A stretch of 63,039 nt of DNA, filler included, from Hausera hauseri (taxonomy: Eukaryota), in NCBI GenBank assembly GCA_046269625.1. It is 12 parts of 12 records of this genome, joined end to end, with 100 filler letters (N's around TTAATTAATTAA, not from the genome) between each part and the next. Parts side by side here need not be neighbours in the genome. Positions count along the whole stretch, not along the records: positions 56,821 to 63,039 come from JBJURY010124095.1; 11 more parts are not named here. The stretch is one strand, 5' to 3'. The translations under genes were made by a program, and so were the position numbers. Of the stretch, positions 61,757 to 63,039 are shown piece after piece. Within the stretch, counting starts at the first letter, position 1. Every line of letters begins with the position of its first letter. The notes under the pieces are model-generated. The model was not told the DNA's origin. It ran no database searches and worked only from the letters and a program-made list of their open reading frames with translations.

Positions 61757-62869
61757 AAGTTCATGGCTAACAACATCGACGTACAGTGTCAGTCACCGCA
61801 CGAGTGATGGTGCTTATAAAGATTCAACGCCATCAAAGCAAGCGATAATCCTAATTCTTGCATGTCTTCTAATGTACATTATAATCAACCGCCAAATATG
61901 CATTTTGGATTAGTTATATATTCGATCAATTTGTAACTTTATTTCCAAACAAAAATGAATCAATTTCTTTATGATTTTACTTTTTGAATTTGTATATACA
62001 ATGTAATTATTTTGGATTTATTCGATTTTGTATAAATTAGTCTGTGTCCTGAAAAACAAGTTTCTCCTTTAGTATAGTGTAATATTTTAATAGAAAATTC
62101 AAGTAGACCAGGTACAAAAATATTCGACATCATTTGTGTAAGTTTTATTGAGGTGAGTAATTATTAACAATTGCCAATGAATTTTGCATTTATATCGGTT
62201 CTACCCCTTTGTATCAAAATAGAGTAAAAAATACACACAACGAAAGAGAAAAAATCAGAAGACATTAACGGATATCTTAAAAAATTTGAAAAAAATGAAT
62301 TGATTTTTTGTAACCATTTTGTTCACTAATACATTTTGATCTGGTATTTGTAAAAAATTCTCTTCTGATTATTTTTCAATTTATTCATAATGAATCCTTT
62401 GGTTTCGGCAGTTTGTTATCATGGAACCCAAGACGAAACATCTATTTTTTGGGATGCAATTATTCAGTGGTGCCTTTTAACTTGACCAAGTTGGGTCAAG
62501 TAGGGTACGTAACGTTGGTGTTAAGTGCTAGAATATTTGCAATTTTAATTATCAATTTTTGAGTTTTGTGGCTCAAAACAGTGTTGAACAAAAGTATGCA
62601 TACAAAGTATACAAAAAGCTTTATAACTTCCACTGGTAAAAATTTACTAAATTTTTGAAATACTTATCTTTCTAACATCAAATTACTTCCATCAGAAAAC
62701 TCGTATAATATTCGTATATGACTATATAAACATAATTTATTTTCGTAATACGACATAAATGTAGAACTATGTAATTGTAACGTAATTTTGAATGAAAGAA
62801 TTTTTAAATAAGTCAATTTGATTGTTCAAGTTCGACTTGTTAAAATCTATATATCTGGCGAAAAAATGT

Positions 62870-63039
62870 AGTAGCTATTTCTTTCGCTCGAGGTCCACTA
62901 ATACCGGTTTTCATTAACTTCATACCAAATGTCTTTAAAATATCCATTTCCTTAATAACTTCCGGCTTGATTGTTTTCACTACTATCAATTCAATCTCAT
63001 GTACTTCCTTATCCTACTCCACTTTGACTTTTACCTTTC
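62870..63039 (-). mobile_element. Gypsy protease C-terminal fragment, same family as 1200-4236
   Basis: KVKVKVE*DKEVHEIELIVVKTIKPEVIKEMDILKTFGMKLM parallels the translation of ~3270-3400. Confidence 0.7.

Overview
The window is not one locus. It is 12 short contigs (about 4-7.5 kb) of an AT-rich eukaryotic genome joined by artificial 100-nt linkers (N44-TTAATTAATTAA-N44) at 4237, 9058, 13445, 17587, 25229, 30064, 35070, 40319, 47085, 51309 and 56721, so adjacency across linkers means nothing. The host is an invertebrate; a planarian or other flatworm is a weak guess. Most of the sequence is decayed mobile DNA. There are three Maverick/Polinton fragments: two structural modules (core protein, major capsid, adenain protease, terminal repeat; one also with two tandem pentons) and one replication module (pPolB, packaging ATPase). 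There are also several Ty3/gypsy remnants, two Tc1/mariner elements, hAT remnants, MITEs, a tRNA-derived Deu/Nin-type SINE and a 6.7-kb 15/30-bp satellite. Host-type sequence includes two tandem clan-2 cytochrome P450s, a ~4-kb acidic low-complexity exon, and MAPK15 and dynein heavy chain pseudogene fragments. The two most striking observations are: (1) a TATA-binding-protein (TBP)-like gene inside the Maverick replication module, between pPolB and the ATPase, with TATA boxes ahead of the neighbouring genes; and (2) a gypsy element carrying a chuvirus-type glycoprotein upstream of, and in frame with, its protease-RT, preceded by a possible ubiquitin-like domain. All family assignments come from manual translation and motif recognition; no searches were run.
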